From the IMG/VR virus record IMGVR_UViG_3300008954_000034, positions 1 through 64,000 of that record: a stretch of 64,000 nucleotides of DNA, one strand, 5' to 3'. The notes beneath the pieces were generated by a model. The model searched no databases. It was given only the letters and a program-made list of their open reading frames with translations, and was not told the origin of the DNA. This stretch comes from an uncultured virus (IMG/VR IMGVR_UViG_3300008954_000034). Its lineage: Duplodnaviria; Heunggongvirae; Uroviricota; Caudoviricetes. How positions within the stretch are numbered: position 1 is the stretch's first letter; each line of letters begins with the position of its first letter. A program made the translations under genes and the position numbers. Positions 1 to 10,744 of this stretch are shown here, piece after piece.

Positions 1-436
1 GGGCACGGGAAAGGAACACGTCGAACAGGTCGGTTCCCCACACCCACGCGACCTGACTTTCCAACCGCATGGCTTCCTTAGCCAGCACGGCAGCGAGGGC
101 TGTCTTTGCGGCACCGTGGTCCTTGGACCAGAGCAGTAACCCAGCGCCCTCTGAAATCACATCCGGGAGAGACTTAAGCCAAAGACGGATCTGGCCGACC
201 GCCACCGAGTTCTTCTTCTTGTACTCGGAAGTTAACATGGAGAAGTCGAAGTCCCAGAAACGGGGAGGAACGCCGACCTCGAGAAGCGCCATAAAAGACT
301 TGAGCTTCTTCATGCACTCGCAGTCAGAGAATCGTCCCTTCTCCCCACTGAAGGAGACTTGGTAACCTCTCCCCTCGCACAGGTCGCAGGACTCAACTAT
401 CTCCTTGCGAAGTTCATCTACGGTCGGTAGTGGCAT
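1..436 (-). CDS. DnaC/IstB-like AAA+ helicase loader, N-terminal part (runs off the window)
   Basis: Not in the ORF track. Manual translation from ATG at 436 gives MPLPTVDELRKEIVESCDLCEGRGYQ...DCECMKK (Zn ribbon), GVPPRFWDFDF, and GLLLWSKDHGAAKTALA (variant Walker A). AAAGGA RBS upstream. Confidence 0.75.
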   Translation of the reverse strand, partial: MPLPTVDELRKEIVESCDLCEGRGYQVSFSGEKGRFSDCECMKKLKSFMALLEVGVPPRFWDFDFSMLTSEYKKKNSVAVGQIRLWLKSLPDVISEGAGLLLWSKDHGAAKTALAAVLAKEAMRLESQVAWVWGTDLFDVFLSRA

Positions 437-584
437 CTAGTCCTTTCTGCGCTTCAGTAATGGCCCGCATTAATGGCTCCCTATAACATAACTAATTCAG
501 TACACCATATAGCCATTGAATTTTTCATTGCATGTACATTTTGAATTGTGAATAGTTGCGTAGCAGTCACCAGCTAGGACATGT

Positions 585-1124
585 TCAGTTACCCATCCCC
601 ATTCTGCTGAGTTTATCTTGTGTATCTTGATCTATTGATATACCCTTAACTTCAGTTTTCTTCTGACGACGTTTACCCTTACCTGACCTCATGTCTCTAC
701 GGCATAAGTTGAACATGCTAATGTTCCAAAGATACTTAATCTCCGGAACCCGTCCAGACTTAAAAAGAGGATCATCTGTGAAAAGATAGAATACGTAATC
801 TCGCATCGCCTCAGGTGCCAGCTCGTTGTTGTTCATGAACATTGTAATCTTACCAGCAACGTACGTCCTGTTCCTGAACTGAGATTCGTACGTTTCATGC
901 AGATGCTCCTTGTACAGACTTTCGAAGTAGGTTATAAACTCACTACCCTTCCACCCGGACACGTCAGCTGCTGTTGACACGGCTTCCTTCTTAGCCGTCT
1001 CCTTCGCTGCCTTACTCTGTAGATCTTCAACTTGCTGTTCAAGCTCGATCACGTATCCAACAAGATCAATAACAAATGGATCAATACCACGATATCGCTC
1101 TCGAATAAGATCTTCGTTAGCCAC
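585..1124 (-). CDS. Hypothetical protein, possibly replication-associated
   Basis: 179-aa ORF between the helicase and the DnaC-like gene; coiled-coil N-terminus and basic C-terminus. Confidence 0.5.
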   Translation of the reverse strand: MANEDLIRERYRGIDPFVIDLVGYVIELEQQVEDLQSKAAKETAKKEAVSTAADVSGWKGSEFITYFESLYKEHLHETYESQFRNRTYVAGKITMFMNNNELAPEAMRDYVFYLFTDDPLFKSGRVPEIKYLWNISMFNLCRRDMRSGKGKRRQKKTEVKGISIDQDTQDKLSRMGMGN

Positions 1125-2634
1125 TTAGTGCCACCAAGTTTCTGAACCGAACAATCAAACGGGTTCGGAAGTCCCTGATCTGGACGTTGAACATCGGCTC
1201 CGCATTATAAAATTCTAGTCTCCGCTTCGAATGCTTACTAAGATGTTTCTCTTCATGTATAAAGTCAACGAAGGTGCCTCTCGTCTTTCCCGGGGCAGGA
1301 GTCATCATCCGCATCCTCTGAAAGATACGTCTGGAGTCCTGTCCGCCGTCAGCGTTGATACCAACATCAAGGGTTGGAATGTCAATCCCCTCGTTGATCA
1401 CGTTGCTGACTATGCACATAAGACGCTTCTCTGCCAGCCTTTTATAGGCGTTCTGGCGGATTGCTCCGCGCTCGCTCCCGGTTATCGCCACAGCCCCGTG
1501 AATCCGCTTTGCCAGCTCACGTGTGTGCTGGACCTGCGTCGTCATAATTGCGACGCTACGGCCCCGCTTAATACTGGCTCGAGCAAAGCCAACGATCATG
1601 TACGTCTTAATAGGGTTGTTAGCAACGGCGGCGGAATAGATACTAGTGTAGTGCCCGGCGTAACAGAATATACGAGGTAACTTATACATTATGATATCAA
1701 CTGGAAGCAGGTGCCCTCGTTTGATCATCCACGAGTACCGCTTCCGGTAAATGATAGGCCCGACAACCTCTTCAAGTAGTAGATCTGAGTTATCATCGGT
1801 CCATGGAGTACCTGAAAGACCCATGACACAGAACGCTTTTCGCATCTGGCGAGCGGCCTTACGATAACTCGCTGCCGTCCCATGATGAATTTCATCCCAG
1901 ATCACAACCTGAGCGCTGGATAGTAGTTTAACAACTGACGCCTTCCGCGCCAGTGACTTCTCAATCTTATCCCAGCGATCACGTTTCTCGTATTTGATCC
2001 GGTAAGCAGCACTGACCGACTGAATAGTCAGGACAGTGATACCCTGTATATTAGTTTCGCCGTCACCGACAATACCAATCTCCTCGTCCAGCACCTCTTC
2101 AAGTGCATCCCGTGTCTGCCGAGCCAGATCAATACGTTCTACAATAAACACGGCGGGACGGAACTCGTAAAGCTGGTCGAGTAGCCCTGCGGCGATTCGA
2201 GTCTTGCCGGTCCTTGGGGGGAGGTGAATGATGCCACGTGGGAATGGAATGCCTAACTCTTGATGAGTAAGTAGTGCCCGGATGGCTTCCTGCTGGTAGT
2301 CACGTAGATCACCCCAAGTTGGTCGTCCGTCGTCAAGCTGGTAGTACGGCAAGTCGCGGACGTCGGTGACTTCAAAGTCGGTGGAGTTTCGAATTGCAGA
2401 CGAAGTTCTGGAGAGAAGACCAAGGCGGAAAGAGTGGTTCTTCGACATGAGATTGGTAAACCCATCCCATTTCTTAGATTGATAAGCGCTGGAGAACCAG
2501 AACGAGCTCCGGCGAAAAGCGAGAGACTTCTTTACAAGGCGGAGGATAGCTTTCTCATCCTTGGTGAAGTTCTCGTTACTTCCGTCGTCAGCGGTTACCT
2601 TTACTACGTCTCGTCCGACTATGACCTTGGCCAT
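1117..2634 (-). CDS. Superfamily 2 DNA helicase (UvsW/XPB-like)
   Basis: LRDYQQEA Q-motif, PPRTGKT Walker A, DEIHH motif II, GLSGTP motif III, EGIDIP motif V, QRMR motif VI. Start probably MAKVIVGR. Confidence 0.9.
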   Translation of the reverse strand: MAKVIVGRDVVKVTADDGSNENFTKDEKAILRLVKKSLAFRRSSFWFSSAYQSKKWDGFTNLMSKNHSFRLGLLSRTSSAIRNSTDFEVTDVRDLPYYQLDDGRPTWGDLRDYQQEAIRALLTHQELGIPFPRGIIHLPPRTGKTRIAAGLLDQLYEFRPAVFIVERIDLARQTRDALEEVLDEEIGIVGDGETNIQGITVLTIQSVSAAYRIKYEKRDRWDKIEKSLARKASVVKLLSSAQVVIWDEIHHGTAASYRKAARQMRKAFCVMGLSGTPWTDDNSDLLLEEVVGPIIYRKRYSWMIKRGHLLPVDIIMYKLPRIFCYAGHYTSIYSAAVANNPIKTYMIVGFARASIKRGRSVAIMTTQVQHTRELAKRIHGAVAITGSERGAIRQNAYKRLAEKRLMCIVSNVINEGIDIPTLDVGINADGGQDSRRIFQRMRMMTPAPGKTRGTFVDFIHEEKHLSKHSKRRLEFYNAEPMFNVQIRDFRTRLIVRFRNLVALSG

Positions 2635-2635
2635 G

Positions 2636-3298
2636 TCAAACCCAATCCTCCACAGGTCCAACCGTCTCTTTTAACGACACAAGTGCCTTTCTCTTCAGGC
2701 GAGCCACCCAGTTAGATGTACATCCTAAATCGTCTGCGATCTCCTGCGTGGAACGTTCATCCGCATTATACATCTGGCGGAGAACCTCCTTCTGCTTTGG
2801 ACTGATGTCGCCATTGGTCATGGACAGCATAACCTCGAGGACATCCTTCTCTTGGAGTGCTTTCGCAATGAGAGTGTCGTGCTGGGAAAAGTAGGGAGAA
2901 TCATCTGGTAAGTCAAGGTCGCTCATAGATCTCCGCGACCACGTCTCCTCTCGCTTCCACAAGCTCGCCATGGCGTCTCGAATCCACCAGTACCCGTATG
3001 ACATGTAACGAACACCGTGGCCGAGATCGAATCGGTCGATTCCAACTATGTCACCAAAGACCCCCTCTTGCACGAGGTCGGAAAGGAGTGGGTGGTTGTA
3101 ACTAGTTTGCTTAATCGCTATTTGTACGATGAGGGGGTAGTGCAGGGTAATCAGTTTATTTCGTGATTCAATGTTCCCCCGCTTGGCCCCCCAAATCAAA
3201 AGGTGCTCGTGAATCGGACGAGGGGGAGTTATGTTAATCCCGCTCAACAGCGTGGAAGACTGATTCCATAGATGCCCGTTTTTCCGACCAGAAAGCAC
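2636..3298 (-). CDS. Phage-encoded sigma-70 family RNA polymerase sigma factor
   Basis: Region 2 DLVQEGVFG...DRFDLGHGVRYMSYGYWWIR; region 4 HTH STQEIADDLGCTSNWVARLKRKAL. Confidence 0.85.
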   Translation of the reverse strand: MLSGRKNGHLWNQSSTLLSGINITPPRPIHEHLLIWGAKRGNIESRNKLITLHYPLIVQIAIKQTSYNHPLLSDLVQEGVFGDIVGIDRFDLGHGVRYMSYGYWWIRDAMASLWKREETWSRRSMSDLDLPDDSPYFSQHDTLIAKALQEKDVLEVMLSMTNGDISPKQKEVLRQMYNADERSTQEIADDLGCTSNWVARLKRKALVSLKETVGPVEDWV

Positions 3299-3309
3299 AG
3301 ACTTCTCCG

Positions 3310-3618
3310 CTAACTTGGTATGTAAAGTGCTTGAACAACATCACCTGCCTTCGTGTACCCGGTCATGATGATCGAAGTAGAATCGAGAGTGTACTCTAGA
3401 CTACAGTGAAAGATACCATTCCGGAAAACAGTCATGGAGTCTGGGTTGGGGGCGTACGTAAGTACGAAGGTCTCACCAGTTGTTGCTCCAGTTGCTGTAA
3501 AGAACTGGCGCTGGGGGAGCTTCAGTGGGCCTTCTGCGGTTGCAGTGGCGGCGCGGGCTTGTTCATCAAGTCTGAGTTTTGTCTCCGCCACTGTAGTCCT
3601 CGTTGCTTGGTAACCCAA
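3310..3618 (-). CDS. Small tail/fibre-associated beta-domain protein
   Basis: FVLTYAP...VFRNG...EYT module, also present at the C-terminus of 3673..4362; lies at the end of the tail module. Confidence 0.5.
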   Translation of the reverse strand: MGYQATRTTVAETKLRLDEQARAATATAEGPLKLPQRQFFTATGATTGETFVLTYAPNPDSMTVFRNGIFHCSLEYTLDSTSIIMTGYTKAGDVVQALYIPS

Positions 3619-3672
3619 ATCCGTAACTACTCACGGCAAATATACCAAGCAATTATAACTAAATGCACATTA

Positions 3673-4362
3673 TCAAGAAGCGTAGTAATCGATAACCACC
3701 GCCTCATTTTCATCGATGGTTCTAACGAATGTTATTGTTTTGTCACCATCAAAGGTAAAGTCACCCGGGGGTCTTACCCTTAATCCATTCACATGAACAC
3801 GGAGAGTTGATTCTCTAGCAGTTTGAGAAAGAACAAAGTCTTTCTGACCGCCAGAAGCGATATTACCGGTAAAATCTTGGCTGTATTCCGTGTTCGCAGT
3901 CGATGATTGGAGTGTGTAAGAAGCTGCATAGGGAGATATTGCACTAAACTCCCAGTACATTACACCTAACGATCTAGCTGTACCATCAGTCCCGATTGGA
4001 TTGATTAGGTACCAGTACCGTTGTGTGTATCCAGTTGCGCCTGCGTCATAGCAGGTTCCTGTGGATGTGGCTGCGCCAAAGTAGGGAGAGAATGGCTGTG
4101 CTGGTACGGTCTTTATGTACGTCCAAAGACCTGATCCGGAAGCTGGAATTGTGGCTGGGTCGCCTGTACTCTGCGCTGCTCGGTAAACGTCAAAGGCAAC
4201 GGGTGCGGACTCAACACCACCAGACGTAGTCCACGACCAGTCAACCCGAACAGCCTCAAGCTCCCCGAATGCGGCCAGTGTGTCAAATGACCCGAGAGGC
4301 TCGGAGTACCCGATCTTCTTGGCGTAGTACTGCTTACCACCTGTTCGTCTGGTAGTTAACAT
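3673..4362 (-). CDS. Tail-associated protein (FN3-like plus C-terminal fibre-type module)
   Basis: VDWSW...FDVYRA...YWYLINPI FN3-like pattern; VHVNGLRV...DFT module. Confidence 0.5.
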   Translation of the reverse strand: MLTTRRTGGKQYYAKKIGYSEPLGSFDTLAAFGELEAVRVDWSWTTSGGVESAPVAFDVYRAAQSTGDPATIPASGSGLWTYIKTVPAQPFSPYFGAATSTGTCYDAGATGYTQRYWYLINPIGTDGTARSLGVMYWEFSAISPYAASYTLQSSTANTEYSQDFTGNIASGGQKDFVLSQTARESTLRVHVNGLRVRPPGDFTFDGDKTITFVRTIDENEAVVIDYYAS

Positions 4363-5205
4363 CTATTCTACCTTCAAGTACAATCCGTACCCTGAACACC
4401 AGCTTTCGTTATCAGCCCACAACCTAGAGTATATGATATTGTCCTCAAGGTTGAGCACAGAGAATACTTTGCTGGTATCTTCAAACGTGTCGAAGAAACC
4501 GATACGCGCCCATTTGAGCGATTCAAGCTGGATGGTATAAAGTGCCCGCTCCTCCTGATTCACAACGGCGCTGAACTTCTTATCGAGAATCGTGCTTGGA
4601 ACCCCTGCAATGTAGTTCTGTATGATCTCCTTACCAGACTTAACCACATAGCTTCCGGGCGGTAAGTAGGTCTCCCAAACCCCACGACTGTCGCTGTAAG
4701 CCGACGAGACAAGCCGGTCAGTGACGATATTATGGAAGTCAATTCTACGACCAGAGAGACCTCGCCCTACAGTTGGGACTCGACCCGGAAACACATACAG
4801 CCTATCCCTGTAGCTAACAATCCGCCCGGCAAAGTACTCCACGTCCTCGTTTCCAAGTGCAAGAACACGCTCACCAGCAAAGGTCATCCTGACGACCATG
4901 ATATTGGTTGAGCCAGTTACCTGTACAATTGTGTTCAGAAGATCAACCGCCGTATCCTGATCGTAAACGGTCGTCCACGTTGTTCCACTGTCGGCTGAAA
5001 CCTCAATGGTGAAGTTCTTCGATGCGTCGTTAAAGAAGTAAGACGACATCAGGAACGCGGTCACGGTATTCCACTCGTCATCGTTCCCTGACGCGTGGTC
5101 TTCATCGACATTGAAATTATACGGCGCAGAGATGTATACCAGCCCACTTGAATTGATGACTGGTATTGTGTACCGATCAGATCTTGCTCGGAGTGGTGCG
5201 GCCAT
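4363..5205 (-). CDS. Putative tail/baseplate accessory virion protein
   Basis: Beta-rich, IEVSADSGTTW motif; translationally coupled within the tail operon. Confidence 0.45.
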   Translation of the reverse strand: MAAPLRARSDRYTIPVINSSGLVYISAPYNFNVDEDHASGNDDEWNTVTAFLMSSYFFNDASKNFTIEVSADSGTTWTTVYDQDTAVDLLNTIVQVTGSTNIMVVRMTFAGERVLALGNEDVEYFAGRIVSYRDRLYVFPGRVPTVGRGLSGRRIDFHNIVTDRLVSSAYSDSRGVWETYLPPGSYVVKSGKEIIQNYIAGVPSTILDKKFSAVVNQEERALYTIQLESLKWARIGFFDTFEDTSKVFSVLNLEDNIIYSRLWADNESWCSGYGLYLKVE

Positions 5206-5999
5206 TAGATAGTACCAACCATGTGAACCGAGGCTCGAACGTCAATCTGGGTATTTTCATTCTTGAACTCAGCCAAGAGACCAGCTGGGCGGACCTGACT
5301 TGGGGGCCGACCTACAAACACGCTGTCGCTGTTAACTAAGTTCTCAGTGATTCCAGTGTCATCGTCTCCGAATAGGAAGTACCGCCCGTCGACGCTAGCA
5401 CCTGTCGGCGCACGTACAGACATCTCAACGTTTTCAAGGGTCGGTGCCGAAAACTGAATGCCACCGTTCTCTGCCTCCGACACAACAACAGGACTGGTGG
5501 GATCGATTACAAGAATCGCGCTCTGGATATCCGCGATAAGGTTGACAACGGATCGACTCGTCCCAGACGGGACGGTGAGGTCTGTCAGTAGAGAATAGCC
5601 TGTACCAGTTATACCAAACCAAAAGATCAGTGGTGCTGTAATATCAAGCACTCGATTATCATAGACATAGTAATTGAAGTACTCGTCGTTGACGACCGTG
5701 GTCCCAGACGCGGAGAGTGTGAGTTTTGGCGCGGTTGCCATCGAGCTAGATCGGTTCTCCTTGGTGATTACCCACATCATGGTAATCGTCTTCTCACCAT
5801 CTTTCCCTGCCCGAACGGACTCGGTGTTTGATGTAGATGCCCCCGTTGGGGATGGAACAAATACATCCACTGACTTATAAAACGTGGTGCCACTGAGACG
5901 ACTCTCAGTAGATGCAATGAACTCACCAACCTTGTCGCCACCGTCAAACGAGGTACTGGACAGCACATTTGTAGCCATGTTCGTTTTAATCGTCAGCAT
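5205..5999 (-). CDS. Putative tail/baseplate accessory virion protein
   Basis: Ser/Thr-rich beta-type sequence; synteny. Confidence 0.45.
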   Translation of the reverse strand: MLTIKTNMATNVLSSTSFDGGDKVGEFIASTESRLSGTTFYKSVDVFVPSPTGASTSNTESVRAGKDGEKTITMMWVITKENRSSSMATAPKLTLSASGTTVVNDEYFNYYVYDNRVLDITAPLIFWFGITGTGYSLLTDLTVPSGTSRSVVNLIADIQSAILVIDPTSPVVVSEAENGGIQFSAPTLENVEMSVRAPTGASVDGRYFLFGDDDTGITENLVNSDSVFVGRPPSQVRPAGLLAEFKNENTQIDVRASVHMVGTI

Positions 6000-6008
6000 A
6001 CGATCCTC

Positions 6009-6446
6009 TTACGCCGGAACGTTCTTACCAATAATCAAGATCTCAACATCAATGGTCTGATCTTCATCGTTTGATATCTTGAGATACCAGTTTGCGTTCG
6101 TTGTACTGTTGAACAGAAAGTCGGAGTTGCTTTGAGGACTCCAATCCCCAACAATGGAAAACGAAGTCCCGAATGCACTCCAGAACTGCCCATCGTCTTT
6201 ATCATCAAATACACGAAACTTAGCTCGAGACGAACAGTAGACGATCACTGCCCACGTATAGTCAAAGATCTCCGCGAACTCGATGTTGACCGAGTCCCCC
6301 GAAGGAAGTGCCAAGCGCGGAGTCTGATGACTGTACTGAAGCCCGTATCGATTACTGGCCGTGACCTTAAAGTCGTCAATGGTGTCGCCAGTTGCGTTCA
6401 GCGCGTAGGTCTTCAGGGAATGTGTTATGAATAATCTCTTATCCAT
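6009..6446 (-). CDS. Hypothetical virion protein
   Basis: 145-aa ORF in the tail operon. Confidence 0.45.
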   Translation of the reverse strand: MDKRLFITHSLKTYALNATGDTIDDFKVTASNRYGLQYSHQTPRLALPSGDSVNIEFAEIFDYTWAVIVYCSSRAKFRVFDDKDDGQFWSAFGTSFSIVGDWSPQSNSDFLFNSTTNANWYLKISNDEDQTIDVEILIIGKNVPA

Positions 6447-6449
6447 CTA

Positions 6450-9173
6450 TTACTGGCTCCCCTCTCCAGATGTGTATTCTTGCGATTGGTTTACAACCGC
6501 AATGATCTGTGGGTTAACCCCGGCGATCTGGTTCTCGGCTATGTTCGGCGGCGTCACGTCGTTCTGCTCGTACCATGCAACCGCAAATAGTTTCAGTGTC
6601 TTGCTGGCTGTCGCCGCTGTACCGTCTATGCGAAGAGTCGCACCACCGTCGGCCTGAATGCTAAGGGTACCGGCCTGCCTGACCATCGCCCCGAGCATTG
6701 ATTGATCCCATGCAATAGCGATGTGGTCCTCAGCGTCCGGAGCACCAATCGGATGAATCTTGAAGTCAATGGTGTCCCCGGTCGGAAGGTCAGATGAATA
6801 TACAAGAATTGTCATGTACCGAACGGTGAATGAGAATGGGAAGTCGATGAGATATTCTGTCAGACCGTCGTCGGCAGGGGTCGTCCCAGTCTCGTAGGTG
6901 ATTGGGCCTAAGTTGTAAGCTGACAATCCATAGTACCCAGTGGGAACCCCAACCTCGACCAACTTGGACTGCTCGTTGCTGGAAATCTGTCCGGCCCTGT
7001 CCACCGCCCTGATCTTGGCGGAAAGAACGTCACCAGCTTGTACCGGAATTGTAAGCCGTGGTGGGACAGTGTACATCTGATATGACTCATCGTCGTCAAA
7101 TCCCGGTGTGCTGCCGTCCAGTGTATAAGCTATCTCGTAGCCAACCGCCCGAGAGAGGTTCCTCCACTTGAGGAACACGCGACCTGCGGCGATGCGATGC
7201 TGGACTTCCGGCATCACAAGTTGGTCGTTGATTCCAGCCACAATAATACGCTGAGTGCAGTAATCACTGGTCTGCCCTCTGGTGCCTACAGCTCGTACCT
7301 TAACTCCGTAGGTCACTCCCATGAGCACCGGGTTCAGCATATAGTACATTCGAGTCGGCGATTGCTGTTGGCGGACCACAGCTTCAAACGACATCTCTTT
7401 CCCAGTCCATGGGTCGGTCACAATGGGTAGCTTGTTTCCGGGGTCGGAGATGATCAGCCCACCCTGCCCGGGAAGGGTTACCAAGTTCGGAGTGCTGAGT
7501 ACATCAATAATCACCTCGTAGGATTTTGCCCCGGGGGTGACGTAGAACGTTCCTGAGTGATCTTCTCCGTCGTAGTCATAGTCAGATTGTGGTGCGCAGT
7601 AAACTGTAGACGCGGTGTTACCCGTGATCTCGTGCCAGTACACCTCAGCTGATAGACTCTCGAAGACCAAGTACCACCCAGCCAGATCCTCCGTTGTGCC
7701 GCTGTCGTTTGTCAGCGACATACTAACCGGAACTTCAAATGTCCGAGTGTCCCCGGTGGTGCTCGTCCACTGGCCACCAGCACCTTCCCAACCCCACGTG
7801 GCGGCAAGGAATGGTCCGCTGGGCTGCTGGAACGCTGGATTAGCAGACATGCGTTCCCGGGCCGTGCGAGACGTAATCAAGTTATCGTCGATGCTTTTCG
7901 GAGTGTGTTGCATGTAACCGGAGTACAACTTGAGGTTCCGTGGAATTGCAGGAGCAACTGGACCTGTATACGTTACTGCGAACACACGCTCATTGCTTGT
8001 GACCTGCCCAGCCCCGTCAACCCCGCGAACTCTGATGTACCACTTCTCGCCAACCTCGGCAAAGATCTGACTGCGGCCAGAGTAACCTGACCATTGGAGG
8101 TATGAGTAGTTTGGTGTTCCCCCAGTGATGGTAGAAGACTTATCTGCGAATACCTCGTAACGTGTGATTCCGGTTGCACTGGAATCAGTGATATCCCATG
8201 TGAGTTCAATACCCCAGTGCAGCTGGTTTGAATCCACTGACGGCATCGTTGACGTACTCACCGCCCCAGCTGTTATTGTAGACGACGTGCGTCCGCTGCC
8301 CACAATGGGGACAGGACCAGCACTGACCGCATGAACCTCAGCCTCCCACTTCGTACCCGGCTGTAGCCCGTAGAAAGTGGTGCCGTTGAGCGCACTGGAC
8401 CCTCGGATGAACTGGGTCTGGGTGGTGCCTGAGGGTGATGACGCGCCGTTAGTGTCATATTCATTCAACTTGACAAAGTACCCAAAAACACCGTCCTCGT
8501 GCCACGAGTTAGGCCAAGTCACAGTGACGTACGCCGTCGACACCCCGTTACCAGTCGCCTTGTCAAATGAGTACAGAATGTTCTCGGAGTCGAGACCCGT
8601 AACAAGAGTGGCATAGGCTGGCCTTGTTGGTATCTCGGTATTCGACATGCTGAGAATGCGACGACCCGTGGACTGGTCGGTTAGGCTATCAATGGTAATA
8701 TTATCACCAGCATCAATTTCTTTGATCGCACCAAGAACAACCTCGGTCAAAACCCCTGTCGAGTTGGAAAGAGCAAAGGCAGTACTTCCGGACGCAGTCC
8801 CCCGACGCGTTGCATGATCTTCACCGGTGATTTGATGGGTTCGTGTACTCGAGTCAACGACAACCTTCTGCATCACAATGTATGTCGTACCGGTTGCGAA
8901 CATGGACGCCGTAGTCAAACCAGTAATTGACCCACCTGTGCTGTATAGGTAGTCTCCACCCGGGGTGTAAGCACCCCCAGCAGATATGTCAATGGTTCCG
9001 GCAACAGTCGACGTCGGCTTCAAAACATCGTCTGAAACGGTGTCGGCAACAATTCCCGGTTCGCGGTAAGTTTGATTCCAACGACGGAGAATATCATCGT
9101 TCAGATATTCCTGAAGGGTAGTAAGATCGTCAGAATAAAACTCCACTCCGTCTGGAAAAAGTACCTTATTCAT
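6450..9173 (-). CDS. Tail fibre / baseplate-attached protein with multiple FN3-like repeats
   Basis: N-terminal baseplate-anchor-like segment (IDISAGGAYTPGG); repeated W...Y.V...Y.V.VRAV FN3 patterns. Confidence 0.7.
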   Translation of the reverse strand: MNKVLFPDGVEFYSDDLTTLQEYLNDDILRRWNQTYREPGIVADTVSDDVLKPTSTVAGTIDISAGGAYTPGGDYLYSTGGSITGLTTASMFATGTTYIVMQKVVVDSSTRTHQITGEDHATRRGTASGSTAFALSNSTGVLTEVVLGAIKEIDAGDNITIDSLTDQSTGRRILSMSNTEIPTRPAYATLVTGLDSENILYSFDKATGNGVSTAYVTVTWPNSWHEDGVFGYFVKLNEYDTNGASSPSGTTQTQFIRGSSALNGTTFYGLQPGTKWEAEVHAVSAGPVPIVGSGRTSSTITAGAVSTSTMPSVDSNQLHWGIELTWDITDSSATGITRYEVFADKSSTITGGTPNYSYLQWSGYSGRSQIFAEVGEKWYIRVRGVDGAGQVTSNERVFAVTYTGPVAPAIPRNLKLYSGYMQHTPKSIDDNLITSRTARERMSANPAFQQPSGPFLAATWGWEGAGGQWTSTTGDTRTFEVPVSMSLTNDSGTTEDLAGWYLVFESLSAEVYWHEITGNTASTVYCAPQSDYDYDGEDHSGTFYVTPGAKSYEVIIDVLSTPNLVTLPGQGGLIISDPGNKLPIVTDPWTGKEMSFEAVVRQQQSPTRMYYMLNPVLMGVTYGVKVRAVGTRGQTSDYCTQRIIVAGINDQLVMPEVQHRIAAGRVFLKWRNLSRAVGYEIAYTLDGSTPGFDDDESYQMYTVPPRLTIPVQAGDVLSAKIRAVDRAGQISSNEQSKLVEVGVPTGYYGLSAYNLGPITYETGTTPADDGLTEYLIDFPFSFTVRYMTILVYSSDLPTGDTIDFKIHPIGAPDAEDHIAIAWDQSMLGAMVRQAGTLSIQADGGATLRIDGTAATASKTLKLFAVAWYEQNDVTPPNIAENQIAGVNPQIIAVVNQSQEYTSGEGSQ

Positions 9174-10744
9174 TCTATGACTCCGTTGTACCCGTACCCA
9201 TACAAATGATAGACATCAGGACTTGGGTCCGTGCCCTGATTTGATAGAAGGAGGTAACCTTTTCCTTGCATGGGTATTACGTTTGGAATGAAGGTCAACA
9301 TCCACGCAATTTCCTCAGCCGTAAATGGAGTGATTCTCTTCACGAACAAGTCAAAGTCGTGTGCTGCGTTGTATCGGCTGACGTTCCACGCCCCGTGCCC
9401 CGGGGATATTGTACTTGTTATCTCAGAGATATCTTTCATGATACCCCCGGGCGCGTACAGCTCAATGTCAATACGAGCGAGTGGGAAGACCCCCCGGTTC
9501 GCTGCGGTGTAGCTAACCGTGACCCCCGAGCCTGCCGGGTCAAAGACGGTCGCGTCCAACCGGGTACCGAGATCAACGATAGCTGTAGATCTGAGATCGG
9601 AGTCCTGTACAATCCGACTCGACCCAAGCAGATCGTAGAACAGATTGTTGTATCCATCGTAAGAAATGATCTCGTCAATACTGGTCGGGATCTGCTCAAG
9701 GATCACGTACTTCCCGCCCACAATTCCAGTTATAGATCCGTCGGTGTCGGTCTGAATCGTGCGGATAGTTTGTGAGTACTGCATAGTCGGAGTTGTAATT
9801 TCAGCGGAGTTGAATATCGTATCCCCGGTTCGAAACGTTCCGTCCAGCTGAATGTCCGGACTACTAACTGGTGCACCACCGGGGTTCAAGTACGCCCATG
9901 TCACCCCGGTTGAGACCACCAAGTAGAATAGAGTCGCTGCTGTTCTGACATTGACTTCTGCGTACTGTACATTGTACAACCTATTCTGAATTCGAACCTT
10001 ACCGGCGTTGACGATAACTGTAGTCGTGTCGGCTGTTGGTGCTGTCCGTGAGCACTGCATAAACGGAACGGCGACAGATCCCGGGTAGTGCCAAGCATAC
10101 CCACGTGGAATGGCCTGTGAATCGTCAGCGGCGAGCGCGTAACCAGAGTCATCAATGCTCTTTGTTACCGCACCCTGCTGGTAAATACCAAGGGCCGTGC
10201 GTAGGAGAGTAATGTATTGATCTACTGTGTACCCTGAGATTCGAGAGACGTTGAGCCAGTCGCCCCACGTCTCCGATATAGCGTTTGGGGACGGTGATTG
10301 GTATCCACCATAGTTATCTGGGACTGTTCCACCGTTCTTGAGATATCCATTTGCCCACGCCTCGTAAGTCTTATCAGCGTACGTGCGCAGCACCTCCGTC
10401 ATTGGAGCCACTACAGCATAGACAAGGTCGGCAACAAAGGCAACCTCAGCATTCTCAACTCCATTTACCACTTGAATGTTATTGAACCCAGCTACAGGCA
10501 CCAGTGTAAAGCTGAATGTCGTCTGGCCGGAGCGGGTCATGTAAACTTCAGAGTTATGGTAGACCGTGGTCGTGTTACCACTGGTGGCCCCACTCACTGT
10601 AAGCGTAACACCTGACGTGGACAACGGAAGAGTACTTACACCAGTGTCGTAGATAAACTTATCCATCTGCTCCTTGTACTTACGGAGCGTGCGGTCATCG
10701 TCTGAACGCAACGGGACGGATGTCATGCTGACGGTTAGAGCCAT
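9170..10744 (-). CDS. Baseplate wedge protein (P2 gpI-like position)
   Basis: Directly follows baseplate J; WGDWLNVSR...DQYITLLR motif. Confidence 0.55.
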   Translation of the reverse strand: MALTVSMTSVPLRSDDDRTLRKYKEQMDKFIYDTGVSTLPLSTSGVTLTVSGATSGNTTTVYHNSEVYMTRSGQTTFSFTLVPVAGFNNIQVVNGVENAEVAFVADLVYAVVAPMTEVLRTYADKTYEAWANGYLKNGGTVPDNYGGYQSPSPNAISETWGDWLNVSRISGYTVDQYITLLRTALGIYQQGAVTKSIDDSGYALAADDSQAIPRGYAWHYPGSVAVPFMQCSRTAPTADTTTVIVNAGKVRIQNRLYNVQYAEVNVRTAATLFYLVVSTGVTWAYLNPGGAPVSSPDIQLDGTFRTGDTIFNSAEITTPTMQYSQTIRTIQTDTDGSITGIVGGKYVILEQIPTSIDEIISYDGYNNLFYDLLGSSRIVQDSDLRSTAIVDLGTRLDATVFDPAGSGVTVSYTAANRGVFPLARIDIELYAPGGIMKDISEITSTISPGHGAWNVSRYNAAHDFDLFVKRITPFTAEEIAWMLTFIPNVIPMQGKGYLLLSNQGTDPSPDVYHLYGYGYNGVIE

